From: Pseudomonadota bacterium | Lineage (GTDB): Bacteria; Campylobacterota; Campylobacteria; Campylobacterales; Sulfurimonadaceae | Assembly (NCBI GenBank): GCA_043797085.1 | Contig: JAZDQA010000014.1 | Span: 96,001 to 160,000 of the forward strand | DNA length: 64,000 nucleotides | Direction of reading: 5' to 3' | Part shown: positions 22,071 through 32,845 of the stretch, piece after piece | Numbering within the stretch: position 1 is the stretch's first letter | Layout: each line of letters begins with the position of its first letter | Program-made: the position numbers and the translations under genes | Notes under the pieces: generated by a model | Database searches by the model: none | Told to the model about the DNA's origin: nothing | Seen by the model: only the letters and a program-made list of their open reading frames with translations

Positions 22071-23038
22071 CCATACTCTGCTCAGGTGGCGATGTATCGG
22101 GAATGAACCCTGCTATCAAGCGTTTCGTTGAGTACTCATTTGCCAAAGGCATGCAGCCTTTTTTTGTCTACAACGGCTATGAAGGGCTGATTGATGATGA
22201 GATCAGAGAAGCACATTATGAAGACGTTGCCGGAATAATAACGCGCGGAGGAACCAAAATCCGATCAGCACGTTCAACCCGTTTTAAAGAAGCTTCCTAT
22301 CGTGCAATAGCAGCACAAAACTTGCGGAATAAAGGGATCACAAAACTGATTGTTCTCGGCGGTGATGGGAGCTTTCGAGGAATGGAACGTTTTTATAACG
22401 AATGCGGTATCGCGTTTTGCGGTATCCCCTCTACTATCGATAATGATATCAACGGAACCGACTACTGCCTAGGAGTCGATACGGCACTCAATGTCATCAA
22501 AAATGCGATTGATTCCATCCGCGATACCGCTTCCTCTTTTCGACGTGCTTTTGTGATTGAAACCATGGGACGCGATTGCGGCTATCTCGCCCTCGTCTCT
22601 GCCATCACATCCGGTGCTGAAGTGTGTTTGATACCTGAAATCCCCATTGACATCATCGAATATAAAGGATGTTTTGAATCGCAAATACGCAAAGGTCGAG
22701 ATTATTTTATCGCTGTCGTCTCTGAAGGTCTTAAAAATTCTAATGAGGTCGCACGATGGTTTGAAGAAGAGCTAGGGTTTGAATCACGTGTCAGTATACT
22801 GGGACATATTCAACGAGGAGGCAATCCAAGCGTGTATGATAGATTGATGGCGTATCAGTTTGTTACACACGCCATCAATGCCTTAGTAGAGGGAAAAAAC
22901 AACTCTGTCATCTGCTATACCAAGAGTCATTTTAATTTTAAATCCATTGACGAAGTCGCCCTTAACCCCTACCGATTAGACGAAGAACTTCTCACTCTGG
23001 GTCGAGAGCAATTTATACCGATAAAATGTCAAGCCTAA
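22058..23038 (+). CDS. pfkA: 6-phosphofructokinase
   Basis: SGGDVSGMN, RGGT, GGDGS, TIDND, ETMGRDCG, LGHIQRGG. Confidence 0.93.
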   Translation: MDKIAILCSGGDVSGMNPAIKRFVEYSFAKGMQPFFVYNGYEGLIDDEIREAHYEDVAGIITRGGTKIRSARSTRFKEASYRAIAAQNLRNKGITKLIVLGGDGSFRGMERFYNECGIAFCGIPSTIDNDINGTDYCLGVDTALNVIKNAIDSIRDTASSFRRAFVIETMGRDCGYLALVSAITSGAEVCLIPEIPIDIIEYKGCFESQIRKGRDYFIAVVSEGLKNSNEVARWFEEELGFESRVSILGHIQRGGNPSVYDRLMAYQFVTHAINALVEGKNNSVICYTKSHFNFKSIDEVALNPYRLDEELLTLGREQFIPIKCQA

Positions 23039-23049
23039 AATTCAAAAAT

Positions 23050-23373
23050 TTAGCAAGGAGGAAGATTCCCTGAATCGGATCCGTATTCAAACAAGAAATC
23101 TCGAATATGCTTCGATTTATCTTTGAATTCATTTCCATTAAAATAACTTTCTGCTTTTGTCCCTGCGTGTTTATCAATAAGAATTTTTTCATCTGTAAAC
23201 AGTTCATTCCATTCATCTTGCGTATGCATTGCAGCCCCTTTAACTCCGCTACCATGACAATCTTTACAACTTTTAACATACCATTTCTGACCTTTGGCAA
23301 TATCAGCTAAAGCATTCGTCTGAATCATTCCAATACACACTATCGTAAGAAGAAAAAATGAGGCTGATTTCAT
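23050..23373 (-). CDS. Periplasmic monohaem cytochrome c (paralog 1)
   Basis: Signal peptide, CKDCH, AAMHTQDEW, EYGSDSGNLPPC. Confidence 0.88.
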   Translation of the reverse strand: MKSASFFLLTIVCIGMIQTNALADIAKGQKWYVKSCKDCHGSGVKGAAMHTQDEWNELFTDEKILIDKHAGTKAESYFNGNEFKDKSKHIRDFLFEYGSDSGNLPPC

Positions 23374-23485
23374 TCTATATATTTCCTTTAGTTATAAATT
23401 AAGAATAATAATATCTTATGAAAAATTAATAGACGATTAAGTTGGAAAAACGAAACGAAGAAAGAAGAATAAAACTGAAAGATTT

Positions 23486-23509
23486 AAAAAGATGCCCCGA
23501 GAGGGACAT
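23486..23509 (-). terminator. Rho-independent terminator after cytochrome c paralog 2
   Basis: Minus strand ATGTCCC-tctc-GGGGCAT stem (one G-U) followed by CTTTTT. Confidence 0.6.
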
Positions 23510-23518
23510 GATTGAAAG

Positions 23519-23848
23519 TTATCCGCAAGAAGGAACGTTGCCTGAATCCGAACCGTACTCAAACAAGAAATCGCGTAAATCTTGTGATTGTTCTTTAAAA
23601 GCATCGCCATTAAAGTACGCAGCAGATTTATCTTTAGCGTGTGCTTTGATAATTTTTGCTCCGCCATTAGCGAACAGATCATCCCACTCGTCTTGTGTAT
23701 GCATAGCAGCACCTTTAGTACCGTTACCATGACAATTTTTACAAGTTTTCAAGTATGTTTTTTGACCTTTTTTGACATCAGCAGATGCACTAGTTGCCAT
23801 CATACCAACCGCAACAAAAGTTGCAAGCAATAATGAAGTTGATTTCAT
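23519..23848 (-). CDS. Periplasmic monohaem cytochrome c (paralog 2)
   Basis: Signal peptide, CKNCH, AAMHTQDEW, EYGSDSGNVPSC; start 23848 or 23851. Confidence 0.88.
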   Translation of the reverse strand: MKSTSLLLATFVAVGMMATSASADVKKGQKTYLKTCKNCHGNGTKGAAMHTQDEWDDLFANGGAKIIKAHAKDKSAAYFNGDAFKEQSQDLRDFLFEYGSDSGNVPSCG

Positions 23849-23930
23849 CATACAATTTCCTTTTTTTTAAAATATCAAGAGCATCATATCTCAGAAAGAA
23901 TAAATAGACGATTAATAAATCACATTGACA

Positions 23931-24272
23931 TCACACTTCTTCGGCGATCTCCACTTTTTCTTCTTTAACTTTATTGGCACGCACTTCCAAACGAATCTTA
24001 TCCTGACGAACTTTTCGGTACGCCTTGTATTGCGCTTTGGTCAACGCTTCACCCTCAAGGGCAACTTCGGCACCAATTTCTTCTACCGAACAGCCGCCTT
24101 CATTCATCATAATCATACGGAGCTCTTTTTTCGTCAAATGACGCTTTAACGATGCATACAGTTCTCTCTCATCTTCTTCGATTTCAACAGCAGCACAGCC
24201 ATAAAGTCCTACTAATACTTCTCGAATCGTTTTTTCTGGGTTGTAACGCAACCATAGTGAATTTTCTAACAT
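23931..24272 (-). CDS. Hypothetical protein with possible HTH (sigma region 4-like)
   Basis: LTKKELRMI...SVEEIGAEV...AYRKVR pattern; coupled to serB stop. Confidence 0.6.
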   Translation of the reverse strand: MLENSLWLRYNPEKTIREVLVGLYGCAAVEIEEDERELYASLKRHLTKKELRMIMMNEGGCSVEEIGAEVALEGEALTKAQYKAYRKVRQDKIRLEVRANKVKEEKVEIAEEV

Positions 24273-24901
24273 TAAATAAATACCTTCGTAATAATTTGGG
24301 TGAGGTCTTTGATGTCAATAATGACATTGGCCTCTTTTTTTAAAATCTCTTTGGCACAAAATGCCACACGAGTTCCGGCATGAGCGAACATCGACCGATC
24401 ATTTGCTCCATCGCCCACCGCCATTGTTTCTTCAGGTGTAATGCTCAAAAGCTCTTGCAAGCGTAACAGCATATCCCCTTTAGAAAAATCGAACATCATA
24501 TCTCCACCGACAAGTCCACTGAGTTTTCCATCTTTTTCATGCAACACATTGGAAAAATCGGCATCGTATCCAAGGATACTTTTCGCATGCGAAGTCGCCG
24601 AGCGAAAACCTCCGCTAAAACAAACGACTTTAATACCGCGTGCTTTAAGTGCCGAGATTGTCTCGATTGCACCCGGCATATAGGGGAGATTATGACAAAT
24701 TTTTTCTACTTTGGAAAATTCCAAACCTTCCAACAGCCCTACTCTCTCACGTAACGATTCAAAAAAATCGAGTTCCCCATTCATTGCCCGCTGCGTAATC
24801 TCACTGACTTTCGCCCCGATTCCTAAAGCTTCAGCGAAAAAATCAATGGTTTCACCATCCATCAGTGTCGAATCAAAATCAAATACTGCTAACTTAATCA
24901 A
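24272..24901 (-). CDS. serB: Phosphoserine phosphatase
   Basis: HAD motifs FDFDSTL, ITQRAMNGELDF, FSGGF, GDGAND. Confidence 0.94.
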   Translation of the reverse strand: MIKLAVFDFDSTLMDGETIDFFAEALGIGAKVSEITQRAMNGELDFFESLRERVGLLEGLEFSKVEKICHNLPYMPGAIETISALKARGIKVVCFSGGFRSATSHAKSILGYDADFSNVLHEKDGKLSGLVGGDMMFDFSKGDMLLRLQELLSITPEETMAVGDGANDRSMFAHAGTRVAFCAKEILKKEANVIIDIKDLTQIITKVFI

Positions 24902-24952
24902 AAGACATAATCCTCTTTGTTATAATAATGCAATTATATCCAAAGGCATCTT

Positions 24953-25855
24953 TTGTTTGAACCTTTTATCGATAAACTCCGTAACAGTACTTTTATAACA
25001 CTTGAAACAACTCCCTCGCGTTCAGCACAGTTTGCTCCCACAATCGAAAAAATTGCGGCTTTGGGTCTTGATAAACTCGTGGATGGATTCAGCACCACCG
25101 ACAACCCGCTGGCTAAATTAAAATACAATGCTCTCTTTGCCGCAATGAAACTCCAAGATCGTTTCGGCAAACCAACACTCGCCACGATGAGCATGCGTGA
25201 CCGCAACCGTATCGCCTTGCAAAGCGATCTCCTCGGAGCCAACGAATCAAACGTCCGCGCAATCCTCGCTCTCACGGGTGACAGCGCCCACTATTCCGAC
25301 CAGCCACACGCCAAAGGGGTATTTGAGGGCAACAGCAAACTCCTCCTCGACATTATCACAACCCTCAACAACGGTACCGATATGGCGGAACAAAAACTCA
25401 TCGCTCCAGTGCAGGAGATTTACCCGTTCGCCGTTATCGATGCCTATGCCAAAAGTGCTGCAACGCTACAGAAAAAAATGACCAAAAAAGTAGCCCACGG
25501 AGCCATCGCTATCATCTCTCAACCTGTCTATGATCTCGAAAATGCTCGTAAACTGCTCGATATGATGGCGGAAGCCAACCGTGAAAATAATGCCGATTGT
25601 GTATTACTCTTAGGCTATTTCCCGATCACGAAACTCCGCACCGCCCGCTTTTTAGATGAAAATGTACCAGGGATTTATGTTCCTCACGCATGGGTAGAGG
25701 CACTTGAAGCCGCTTCGCAAATCAGCCCAGAAGAAGAGTACCGCGTGGGATTTGAGTTGAGTAAAACTCTTTTTGAAGAACTAAAAGCACTTCATCCGAA
25801 AATACATATCATGACGGCAAATCAGTTTGAACTCGCCAAGGCGATTTTGAGCTAA
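24953..25855 (+). CDS. metF: Methylenetetrahydrofolate reductase (MetF/YitJ C-terminal type)
   Basis: TDNPLA, RDRNRIALQSDLLGA, LALTGD, ISQPVYD, VPGIYVP. Confidence 0.8.
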   Translation: MFEPFIDKLRNSTFITLETTPSRSAQFAPTIEKIAALGLDKLVDGFSTTDNPLAKLKYNALFAAMKLQDRFGKPTLATMSMRDRNRIALQSDLLGANESNVRAILALTGDSAHYSDQPHAKGVFEGNSKLLLDIITTLNNGTDMAEQKLIAPVQEIYPFAVIDAYAKSAATLQKKMTKKVAHGAIAIISQPVYDLENARKLLDMMAEANRENNADCVLLLGYFPITKLRTARFLDENVPGIYVPHAWVEALEAASQISPEEEYRVGFELSKTLFEELKALHPKIHIMTANQFELAKAILS

Positions 25856-25910
25856 TTTCAGCCTCTTTTAGCTATAATCGATCATTATTAAATAGCAGGA
25901 ATACTCCCTT

Positions 25911-27155
25911 ATGATCGATGTAAAACTTCTCCAGAAAAATTTTGACGAAACCGCAACGGCGCTGATGCGCAAAAAAGTCTCAAGCGAGATAATCGCGGAG
26001 CTAAAAACTGCCAATGAAACCCTCAAAACCGCTAAACTCGCCTACGAGACATTGCAAGCCAAACAAAACGAACTCAGCCGTCTTTTCGGTCAGTACAAAA
26101 AAGAGGGGAAAAGTACCGATGAGTTGAAAATCGAAGTTGATGCGAACAAAGCAACCCTAAACGATCTCCTCGATACACAACGCTGTGCCGAAGAAGCTCT
26201 CGATGCGATCATCATGCGCGTTCCGAACATTCCCGATGCCGATGTACCCGATGGTGAGGATGAAAACGATAATATCGAAATCCGTAAAGTCCTCACTCCT
26301 CCAACCTTCACATTCACCCCTAAAGAGCACTGGGAACTCGCTGAGCAAAACGGCTGGATCGATTTCGAGCGCGGTGTTAAACTTGCAAAAAGCCGTTTTA
26401 GTGTCGTAAGCGGGATGGGAGCACGTTTGGAACGTGCCCTCATCAATTTTATGCTCGATTTTAACCGTGAACGAGGATTTCAAGAATTCAGCGTTCCGAT
26501 GCTCGTAAACCGTCGTGCATTGGAGGGGACAGGACAGCTTCCGAAATTCGAAGAGGATCTGTTCAAAGTCGAAGAGGAAGAACTCTATCTCATCCCAACG
26601 GCGGAAGTACCTCTCACCAACATCTACCAAGACGAGATCCTCAACAGTTCCGAGTTGCCGATCAAAATGACGGGATACACATCGTGTTTTCGTAAAGAGG
26701 CAGGTTCGGGCGGACGTGACGTACGCGGGATGATCCGTCAGCATCAGTTTCACAAAGTGGAACTCGTCTCCATCACCCGTGCCGATCAAAGTGACGCGGT
26801 GTTTGAAGAGATGGTTGAGTGTGCCTCTGATTTGCTTACCGCATTGGAACTTCCTCACCGTCTCGTTACTCTCTGCACGGGCGATTTAGGATTCGGTGCG
26901 GCGCGAACGGTCGATCTCGAAGTTTGGCTTCCGGGGCAAAATACCTACCGTGAAATCAGCTCTGTCTCCAACACACGGGACTTTCAAGCCCGTCGTGCGA
27001 AGATCCGCTACAAAGAAGAGGGAAAAAATATCCTCGCTCACACCCTAAACGGTTCAAGTTTAGCGGTCGGACGGACGATGGTAGCTATTATGGAAAATTT
27101 CCAACAAGAAGATGGCAGTATCATTATCCCTGCCGTATTGCAAAAATACCTCTAA
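25911..27155 (+). CDS. serS: Serine--tRNA ligase
   Basis: [44 protein letters not shown]. Confidence 0.97.
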   Translation: MIDVKLLQKNFDETATALMRKKVSSEIIAELKTANETLKTAKLAYETLQAKQNELSRLFGQYKKEGKSTDELKIEVDANKATLNDLLDTQRCAEEALDAIIMRVPNIPDADVPDGEDENDNIEIRKVLTPPTFTFTPKEHWELAEQNGWIDFERGVKLAKSRFSVVSGMGARLERALINFMLDFNRERGFQEFSVPMLVNRRALEGTGQLPKFEEDLFKVEEEELYLIPTAEVPLTNIYQDEILNSSELPIKMTGYTSCFRKEAGSGGRDVRGMIRQHQFHKVELVSITRADQSDAVFEEMVECASDLLTALELPHRLVTLCTGDLGFGAARTVDLEVWLPGQNTYREISSVSNTRDFQARRAKIRYKEEGKNILAHTLNGSSLAVGRTMVAIMENFQQEDGSIIIPAVLQKYL

Positions 27156-27172
27156 AAGGTTAAAGAGAGCCC

Positions 27173-29518
27173 ATGGCTGACGAGCAAGAAGAGATAATCA
27201 TCATCGAAGAGTCCGACGCTGCAGGCGTTGTGGCAACCGAATCAAAGGATGATGAGAGCGCTAAAGAAAAGTCGTCTTTTTCTAAAAAGAAAATACTAAT
27301 TATTGCGGGAGCGATTGGTGTTTTATTGCTTGGAGGCGGCGGTATCACCTTCGCTCTTCTCTCACACTCAGGAGGGGAAGATATACCGCTCAAAGAAGAA
27401 CAGCTCATTTCCTCTAAAAATCCCGAAGAGCCAAAAATAGAACCCAGCGAGCTTGAAAATATGATCGAGCGGGCAAACTACATGTACGCCAACGGCAATC
27501 AAGTCGAAGCTCTCAAATTGTTTGAAAGAATTGCCCTTTATTCGGAGTCGATTTCACAATACAATCTTGGTGTCGTAAGGCTCAAAGAAAAAGAATACAG
27601 TTCCGCTTTAGAAAACTTCAAGCGTTCTATTTCTATGTCTGAAAACCGTTGTGTCAGCGCGCTGAATGCTGCGGTTTGCTGTCTCCATTTAAAGCAGCAA
27701 GAAAACTTTGAGTATTACATCGATTTGGCGCATGCTTATTTAAATACTGAAAGCACGTCTCCTATGTACTCGTACTATTATTCTTTAATCAATTACTATC
27801 GCGGAAATTATTTGGAAGCACTCAGCGCACTGAACCATCCGACAACTTCTGAGTATCAATTGACACAAAACAGGCTCAAAGCTTCTATTGATACTCTTTA
27901 TGGAAATTACAGCGGGGCTATTGAGACACTTGAGAATCCTATGCAAGAAACAGATTCATTTTCGCTTGGCTTACTGTATGCCAATAACGGAAATTTACCA
28001 CGGGCTCGTGATTATTTCAATAACGCAATAATTCAAAATAAAAAACCCATACAAGAGAGCCTCTCTTTGGTTTTTGTGGATCTCAAACTAGGACAGCATC
28101 AAGAAGCGAGTGAGGTTCTAAGAAAGATAAGTGATAAATTTCCGGATGATGTCTATACACCCTATCCGATCAAAGTATTTTTAAAACCAACGTTGTTTAA
28201 TACCAATACGATGCAGACAGCATATCGAACCATAAATGCAAAAGTTCATCCACAAACCTATCCAAAGATTTTTGCCTTTACTCCCTATAAAATCTTTAAT
28301 GCCAATCAAACCATCAGCTATATCCGTAAAGGAAATGCTAATATTTACATTGATGATATTGTCTCTGCCAAAGAATATCTTGAAAAAAGTTCACATGCGT
28401 CCGACATTGATTACGGTATCGCTCTCGCCGTTCAAAAGGCGCTGAACTTTCGGTTGCGCGATGCGAATGCTCAACTGAAAAAGCTCCTTTTAACGCATCC
28501 TCAACACTCCATTTTGCACTACAATTTGGCGCTAACCTACGCGCAATTAGGGGATTATACCAAAGCGTATGATCATTTTTTACGCTCGTATCATCTTGAT
28601 GCCAATAACTATCTCTCAGGTATTTTTGCCCTCATGACCTCCGAGATGATCTCAAAACCAAATCCAAAACTTATCGCAATTCTAAAAGAAAACCTCTCGC
28701 AAGAACCAAAAACGGAAGAGTCTGACTTGTATCAAACACTTCTATCGATAAGTGAAAACAATTATCCTTCATCCAGTCGCTGGCTCGATAACCGCTACAA
28801 AGAACGCCCCTTGTATTTGGTGATGAAAATTATTATAGCCCAAGAGTTAGGGATGGAGGAAGAAGCGAAAAAAGCTTCCGAAAAACTAACCTACACTCAA
28901 CCGCGTGACACCCTGCCGCACTTGCTCTACATCGATACGCATTTTAATAACGAGGGACCTAAAGCGTATGCGCGCTTAGCGCTTAACTATCTAAAAAAAC
29001 AAAAATTAAGCAATGAAGACATCTATTTTGGTCCTCAAATCGTACGAGATAAAGCTATTGCCATGGCAGCCATTACCGGTAAACTTGGACCCTTGATTCA
29101 AAATCTTGAAACTAAACTTCAAACCACAACTGAAAATCGTGCCAACCTCACAACCGCTCTCGCTCTTGCAAACTTTTACAATCAAGATTATGAAAAATCG
29201 TATGCCCTATACAATGATGCAGTTGATACCTACAAGCTCACCGACGAACGAACCCTCTTTAACGCGGCATCGGCGTCTATTGGAGCAGGGCATTACCAAA
29301 ATGCGATTGCCCTGCTAGAACTCTCAAAAATGACCAATCCTAACTATCTAGAAAACCGATATGCACTTGGATTGCTCTACATGCAAGTTCAAAACAATCC
29401 CGCAGCCATCATCCAATTTAGTAAAATGGGAAATAGTGGGTTTAAATCCAATACGTTTGATTTTAAAATTGATACGGACAAGCTTGCTCTTGAACCTAAA
29501 GAATATCATCCTCTCTAA
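27173..29518 (+). CDS. pflB: TPR-repeat membrane-anchored protein, probable flagellar motor accessory PflB
   Basis: Acidic N-terminus, single TM, multiple TPR-like repeats (YNLG, HYNLALTYAQLG); follows serS as Cj0390 does in C. jejuni. Confidence 0.75.
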   Translation: MADEQEEIIIIEESDAAGVVATESKDDESAKEKSSFSKKKILIIAGAIGVLLLGGGGITFALLSHSGGEDIPLKEEQLISSKNPEEPKIEPSELENMIERANYMYANGNQVEALKLFERIALYSESISQYNLGVVRLKEKEYSSALENFKRSISMSENRCVSALNAAVCCLHLKQQENFEYYIDLAHAYLNTESTSPMYSYYYSLINYYRGNYLEALSALNHPTTSEYQLTQNRLKASIDTLYGNYSGAIETLENPMQETDSFSLGLLYANNGNLPRARDYFNNAIIQNKKPIQESLSLVFVDLKLGQHQEASEVLRKISDKFPDDVYTPYPIKVFLKPTLFNTNTMQTAYRTINAKVHPQTYPKIFAFTPYKIFNANQTISYIRKGNANIYIDDIVSAKEYLEKSSHASDIDYGIALAVQKALNFRLRDANAQLKKLLLTHPQHSILHYNLALTYAQLGDYTKAYDHFLRSYHLDANNYLSGIFALMTSEMISKPNPKLIAILKENLSQEPKTEESDLYQTLLSISENNYPSSSRWLDNRYKERPLYLVMKIIIAQELGMEEEAKKASEKLTYTQPRDTLPHLLYIDTHFNNEGPKAYARLALNYLKKQKLSNEDIYFGPQIVRDKAIAMAAITGKLGPLIQNLETKLQTTTENRANLTTALALANFYNQDYEKSYALYNDAVDTYKLTDERTLFNAASASIGAGHYQNAIALLELSKMTNPNYLENRYALGLLYMQVQNNPAAIIQFSKMGNSGFKSNTFDFKIDTDKLALEPKEYHPL

Positions 29519-29522
29519 AGCT

Positions 29523-30239
29523 TTATCCAACCATCCGTCGAACAAGATAATACGTTGCGCGCAGAGGTCCATACAAAAGATACAGTGCACCAAGCAAAGC
29601 CATCCCCTCGATAGGATACACAAATACCATCAACGCGAGTACAATCACCCCGATTAAAAAACGGGTAAAGTGGATAGCTCTCATATTGAGTTTTTTGAAA
29701 CTTGGATAGCGAATATTGCTCACCATAAGAACCGATAAGAGTACTGAAAGAGGTAAAAGAAGCACATGAATATGAGAAATTTGCTCATAGCGTTCCATGA
29801 GTAAAATAGCCGTTGCAATCATTATAGCCGCTGTAGGAATAGGAAGACCGATAAACACCGAAGGCTCTATTCGTGACGTCATAACATTAAAACGAGCCAA
29901 TCTCACTGCACCAAAGATGATAAACAATGCACTGGCAACAATACCGATGCGACCGTATTCATCACCGATATAGAGATACATCAGCAATGCAGGAGCAACC
30001 CCAAATGCCACAATATCTGCCAAGGAATCAAACTCAACACCAAAATGGCTCGCAGTATTGGTTAAACGGGCAACACGTCCATCCAGACCATCAAAAATCA
30101 AGGCAAGAAAGATAAACCATGCTGCACTCTCAAATGAGCTTTGCAAAGCAAGAGAGATAGAATAAAAACCGGAAAATATAGAAGCAGCAGTGAAAAAATT
30201 TGGGAGAAGGTAGGCGATGGGCGGAGGATCTTTACGCAT
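29523..30239 (-). CDS. pssA: CDP-diacylglycerol--serine O-phosphatidyltransferase
   Basis: LPNFFT, DGLDGRVAR, FGVEFDSLAD, RLARFN, FIGLPIP; start trimmed to MRKDPP. Confidence 0.93.
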   Translation of the reverse strand: MRKDPPPIAYLLPNFFTAASIFSGFYSISLALQSSFESAAWFIFLALIFDGLDGRVARLTNTASHFGVEFDSLADIVAFGVAPALLMYLYIGDEYGRIGIVASALFIIFGAVRLARFNVMTSRIEPSVFIGLPIPTAAIMIATAILLMERYEQISHIHVLLLPLSVLLSVLMVSNIRYPSFKKLNMRAIHFTRFLIGVIVLALMVFVYPIEGMALLGALYLLYGPLRATYYLVRRMVG

Positions 30240-30876
30240 TAAAGCGTCCAATGACGCTCTCACCTGCTCGCACATCAGCGCCTGGATGAACTTTTAAAGT
30301 AACATCGCTTGGGAGATAAAGAATGGTTCTGCCACGAGCTAAAAATCCATAGCGAGACCCTTCTTTCATCTTATCACCCGCTTCGCCCTCAATAGCTATC
30401 GGAAAACAGCTTCGATCACTCAGATGTTCCATAAAGATTTCATTGCCTTCAACAGATTTAAAAGAGAGAACTACTTTTTCATTTAGTTCCTCAGAGAGTG
30501 GATGATGCAGCGCCAATGAAACGCCATGACGAATACGAGAGCCTTCCATAACACCATCAAAAGGGGCACGCAACATGGAGACATTCCACAGCCCGTTAAG
30601 AAGGGTAATTTTTTTCATCATCCGGTCGTTGATAAGGGTATCTTCAATCCCTAAAACAACTCCATCAACACTGCTAATAATAGAAGAAGTTTCTCCCAGC
30701 ACGGCATTGCGCTCAGGGTTTCGAAATAAAAGGAGAAAGGCAATCAGCAGTGCGCCAACTAGAAATTGGAAAAGATGTAATCCCGTCATTATAAAAAAGA
30801 GCAAAAAAGTTGCTGTCAATATAATTGGAAGCCATCCTTGCTTAGAGAGGATAAAAGTGTCATTTTGAACGCTCAT
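30232..30876 (-). CDS. Phosphatidylserine decarboxylase-related protein (atypical)
   Basis: FRNPER, SSVDGVV, RAPFDG, NEK, VRAGES as in short Psd; the canonical FGS cleavage motif reads FLARGR. Confidence 0.75.
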   Translation of the reverse strand: MSVQNDTFILSKQGWLPIILTATFLLFFIMTGLHLFQFLVGALLIAFLLLFRNPERNAVLGETSSIISSVDGVVLGIEDTLINDRMMKKITLLNGLWNVSMLRAPFDGVMEGSRIRHGVSLALHHPLSEELNEKVVLSFKSVEGNEIFMEHLSDRSCFPIAIEGEAGDKMKEGSRYGFLARGRTILYLPSDVTLKVHPGADVRAGESVIGRFNA

Positions 30877-30885
30877 CTATTGCTC

Positions 30886-32841
30886 CTATTCATCGATTAG
30901 AATTTTATTGGTCGACGATTTATCTTTACGAGGCTCGAGTTTTGTCTCAATAGCATTCTCAATTTCAAATTTTTCAATAATGCTACGGACTTGATCCCCT
31001 GTAATATTTTCTTTTGCGTACAGTAATTCTACCATTTTTTCGATAGCATCACGATATTCTTCAAGACGTATTTTAACTTCTACATAACGCTCTTGAAGAG
31101 TACTTTTAATAAAGCTATCCATCTCTTCAGCCATTTTTTCACTGTATTCTTTGGCTTGCGTCATTCCGCCGCCCAAGAATGTACTGCGCTGTTTTTCGAG
31201 AACCATCAATCCGGCAACATCACTCATACCATACATTTGAACCATTGCTTTAAGAATATCGGTCGTTCGCTCCAAGTCATTGGCTGCACCCGTACTTATT
31301 TCTCCAATAAACACCTCTTCAGCTGCACGTCCTGCGAGCAATACATCAATCTCTGCAATCAATTCATGACGCTGCATCAAATATTTATTCTCTTCAGGGG
31401 TATTAAGAGTATAACCAAGCGCCGCCAATCCGCGAGGAACAATAGAAACTTTCGAAACTTTTTTAGCTCCCTTGGTTGTCTCAGCCAAAAGTGCATGACC
31501 GCTCTCATGATACGCAACGATGCGCTTCTCTTTTTCATCTATTCTGCGGCTCTTTTTAGAAAGACCTGCAATAGCCCGCTCAACCGCTTCGCGTAAATCG
31601 GCTTGTCGAACCGTCTTTTGACTTTTTCGTCCTGCAAGTAATGCCGCTTCATTCACGATATTTGCCAAATCAGCCCCTGCAAGACCTGCTGTTAGACGTG
31701 CAATCTCTTCAAGATCGGCATCACTGTCAATTTTAACACCTTTGACATGAACATTTAAAATATCAATACGACCCTGATAGTCAGGCTTGTCTACCAATAC
31801 TTGACGATCAAATCGTCCCGGACGAAGCAGTGCGGGATCGAGGATTTCAGGACGATTGGTTGCTGCCAAAATAATAACCGGCGTATCCGTACCAAATCCG
31901 TCCATCTCTGCTAGAAGCTGATTAAGGGTTTGCTCGCGCTCATCGTTACCGCCCATCATTCCGCCCGCTGCACGACTTTTACCAATGGCATCAATCTCGT
32001 CGATAAAAATAATCGACGGAGCATCTTTTTTGGCTTGCTCAAACAAATCACGGACCCGTGCAGCACCGACACCGACGAACATTTCGATAAAACTCGAACC
32101 CGAAACAGAGAAAAAGGGGACATCCGCTTCACCTGCGACCGCTTTTGCCAACAAGGTTTTCCCAGTTCCTGGACTTCCTACAAGCAAGACACCCTTAGGA
32201 ATTTTAGCTCCTAGTTCTACATATCGACCCGGAGATTTTAAGAAATCAACAATTTCTAAAACTTCTTCTTTTGCCTCTTGAGCACCGGCAACATCGTCAA
32301 ATTTGGTTTTTGGTTTTTCCGAATTGACCAGTTTTTTAGAACTTCCCATTCCCAATATTCCGCCACCCATACTTTTTTGCATACGACCTGCAAAAAACAT
32401 CCAAATAGCAATAATAATCAAGAAAGGAAATAGCCAACCAAACATTTCAGTAAACCAATTGCTTTCATTAAAACCGCTGTAATCAATATTTTGCTTATCC
32501 AAAAGATCCGTTAATTTAGTATCTTCCCCTAAAATACGACGAGTTGTGTATGCTGTTTTACTAGCACCATCTGCGCTTAATGCACGAATATACGTCTGCC
32601 CAATCGCCACTTTTTCAACTTGCTTGTTAATAATCAGCTTTTTAAGCTCTGCGTAACTCACCTCTTGCGTACGTGTTGCGGACGAGCCGTTTACTTTTGA
32701 ACTTAAGTCACCGCCATCGCCAACAAATGCTTTAAAAAGCAGTATGACGACAATTGAAAAGACGGCAAAAGTGATTAAAGGATTTTTGTTAAAAAAATTA
32801 TCATTTTTATTCGATGGAGTCGGTTTTTCTGGTTGTGCCAC
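30886..32841 (-). CDS. ftsH: ATP-dependent zinc metalloprotease FtsH
   Basis: Two TMs, [41 protein letters not shown]. Confidence 0.97.
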   Translation of the reverse strand: MAQPEKPTPSNKNDNFFNKNPLITFAVFSIVVILLFKAFVGDGGDLSSKVNGSSATRTQEVSYAELKKLIINKQVEKVAIGQTYIRALSADGASKTAYTTRRILGEDTKLTDLLDKQNIDYSGFNESNWFTEMFGWLFPFLIIIAIWMFFAGRMQKSMGGGILGMGSSKKLVNSEKPKTKFDDVAGAQEAKEEVLEIVDFLKSPGRYVELGAKIPKGVLLVGSPGTGKTLLAKAVAGEADVPFFSVSGSSFIEMFVGVGAARVRDLFEQAKKDAPSIIFIDEIDAIGKSRAAGGMMGGNDEREQTLNQLLAEMDGFGTDTPVIILAATNRPEILDPALLRPGRFDRQVLVDKPDYQGRIDILNVHVKGVKIDSDADLEEIARLTAGLAGADLANIVNEAALLAGRKSQKTVRQADLREAVERAIAGLSKKSRRIDEKEKRIVAYHESGHALLAETTKGAKKVSKVSIVPRGLAALGYTLNTPEENKYLMQRHELIAEIDVLLAGRAAEEVFIGEISTGAANDLERTTDILKAMVQMYGMSDVAGLMVLEKQRSTFLGGGMTQAKEYSEKMAEEMDSFIKSTLQERYVEVKIRLEEYRDAIEKMVELLYAKENITGDQVRSIIEKFEIENAIETKLEPRKDKSSTNKILIDE

Positions 32842-32845
32842 GTGA

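Noticed and set aside
26157..26858. 233-aa minus-strand ORF
   Set aside because: Antisense shadow of serS
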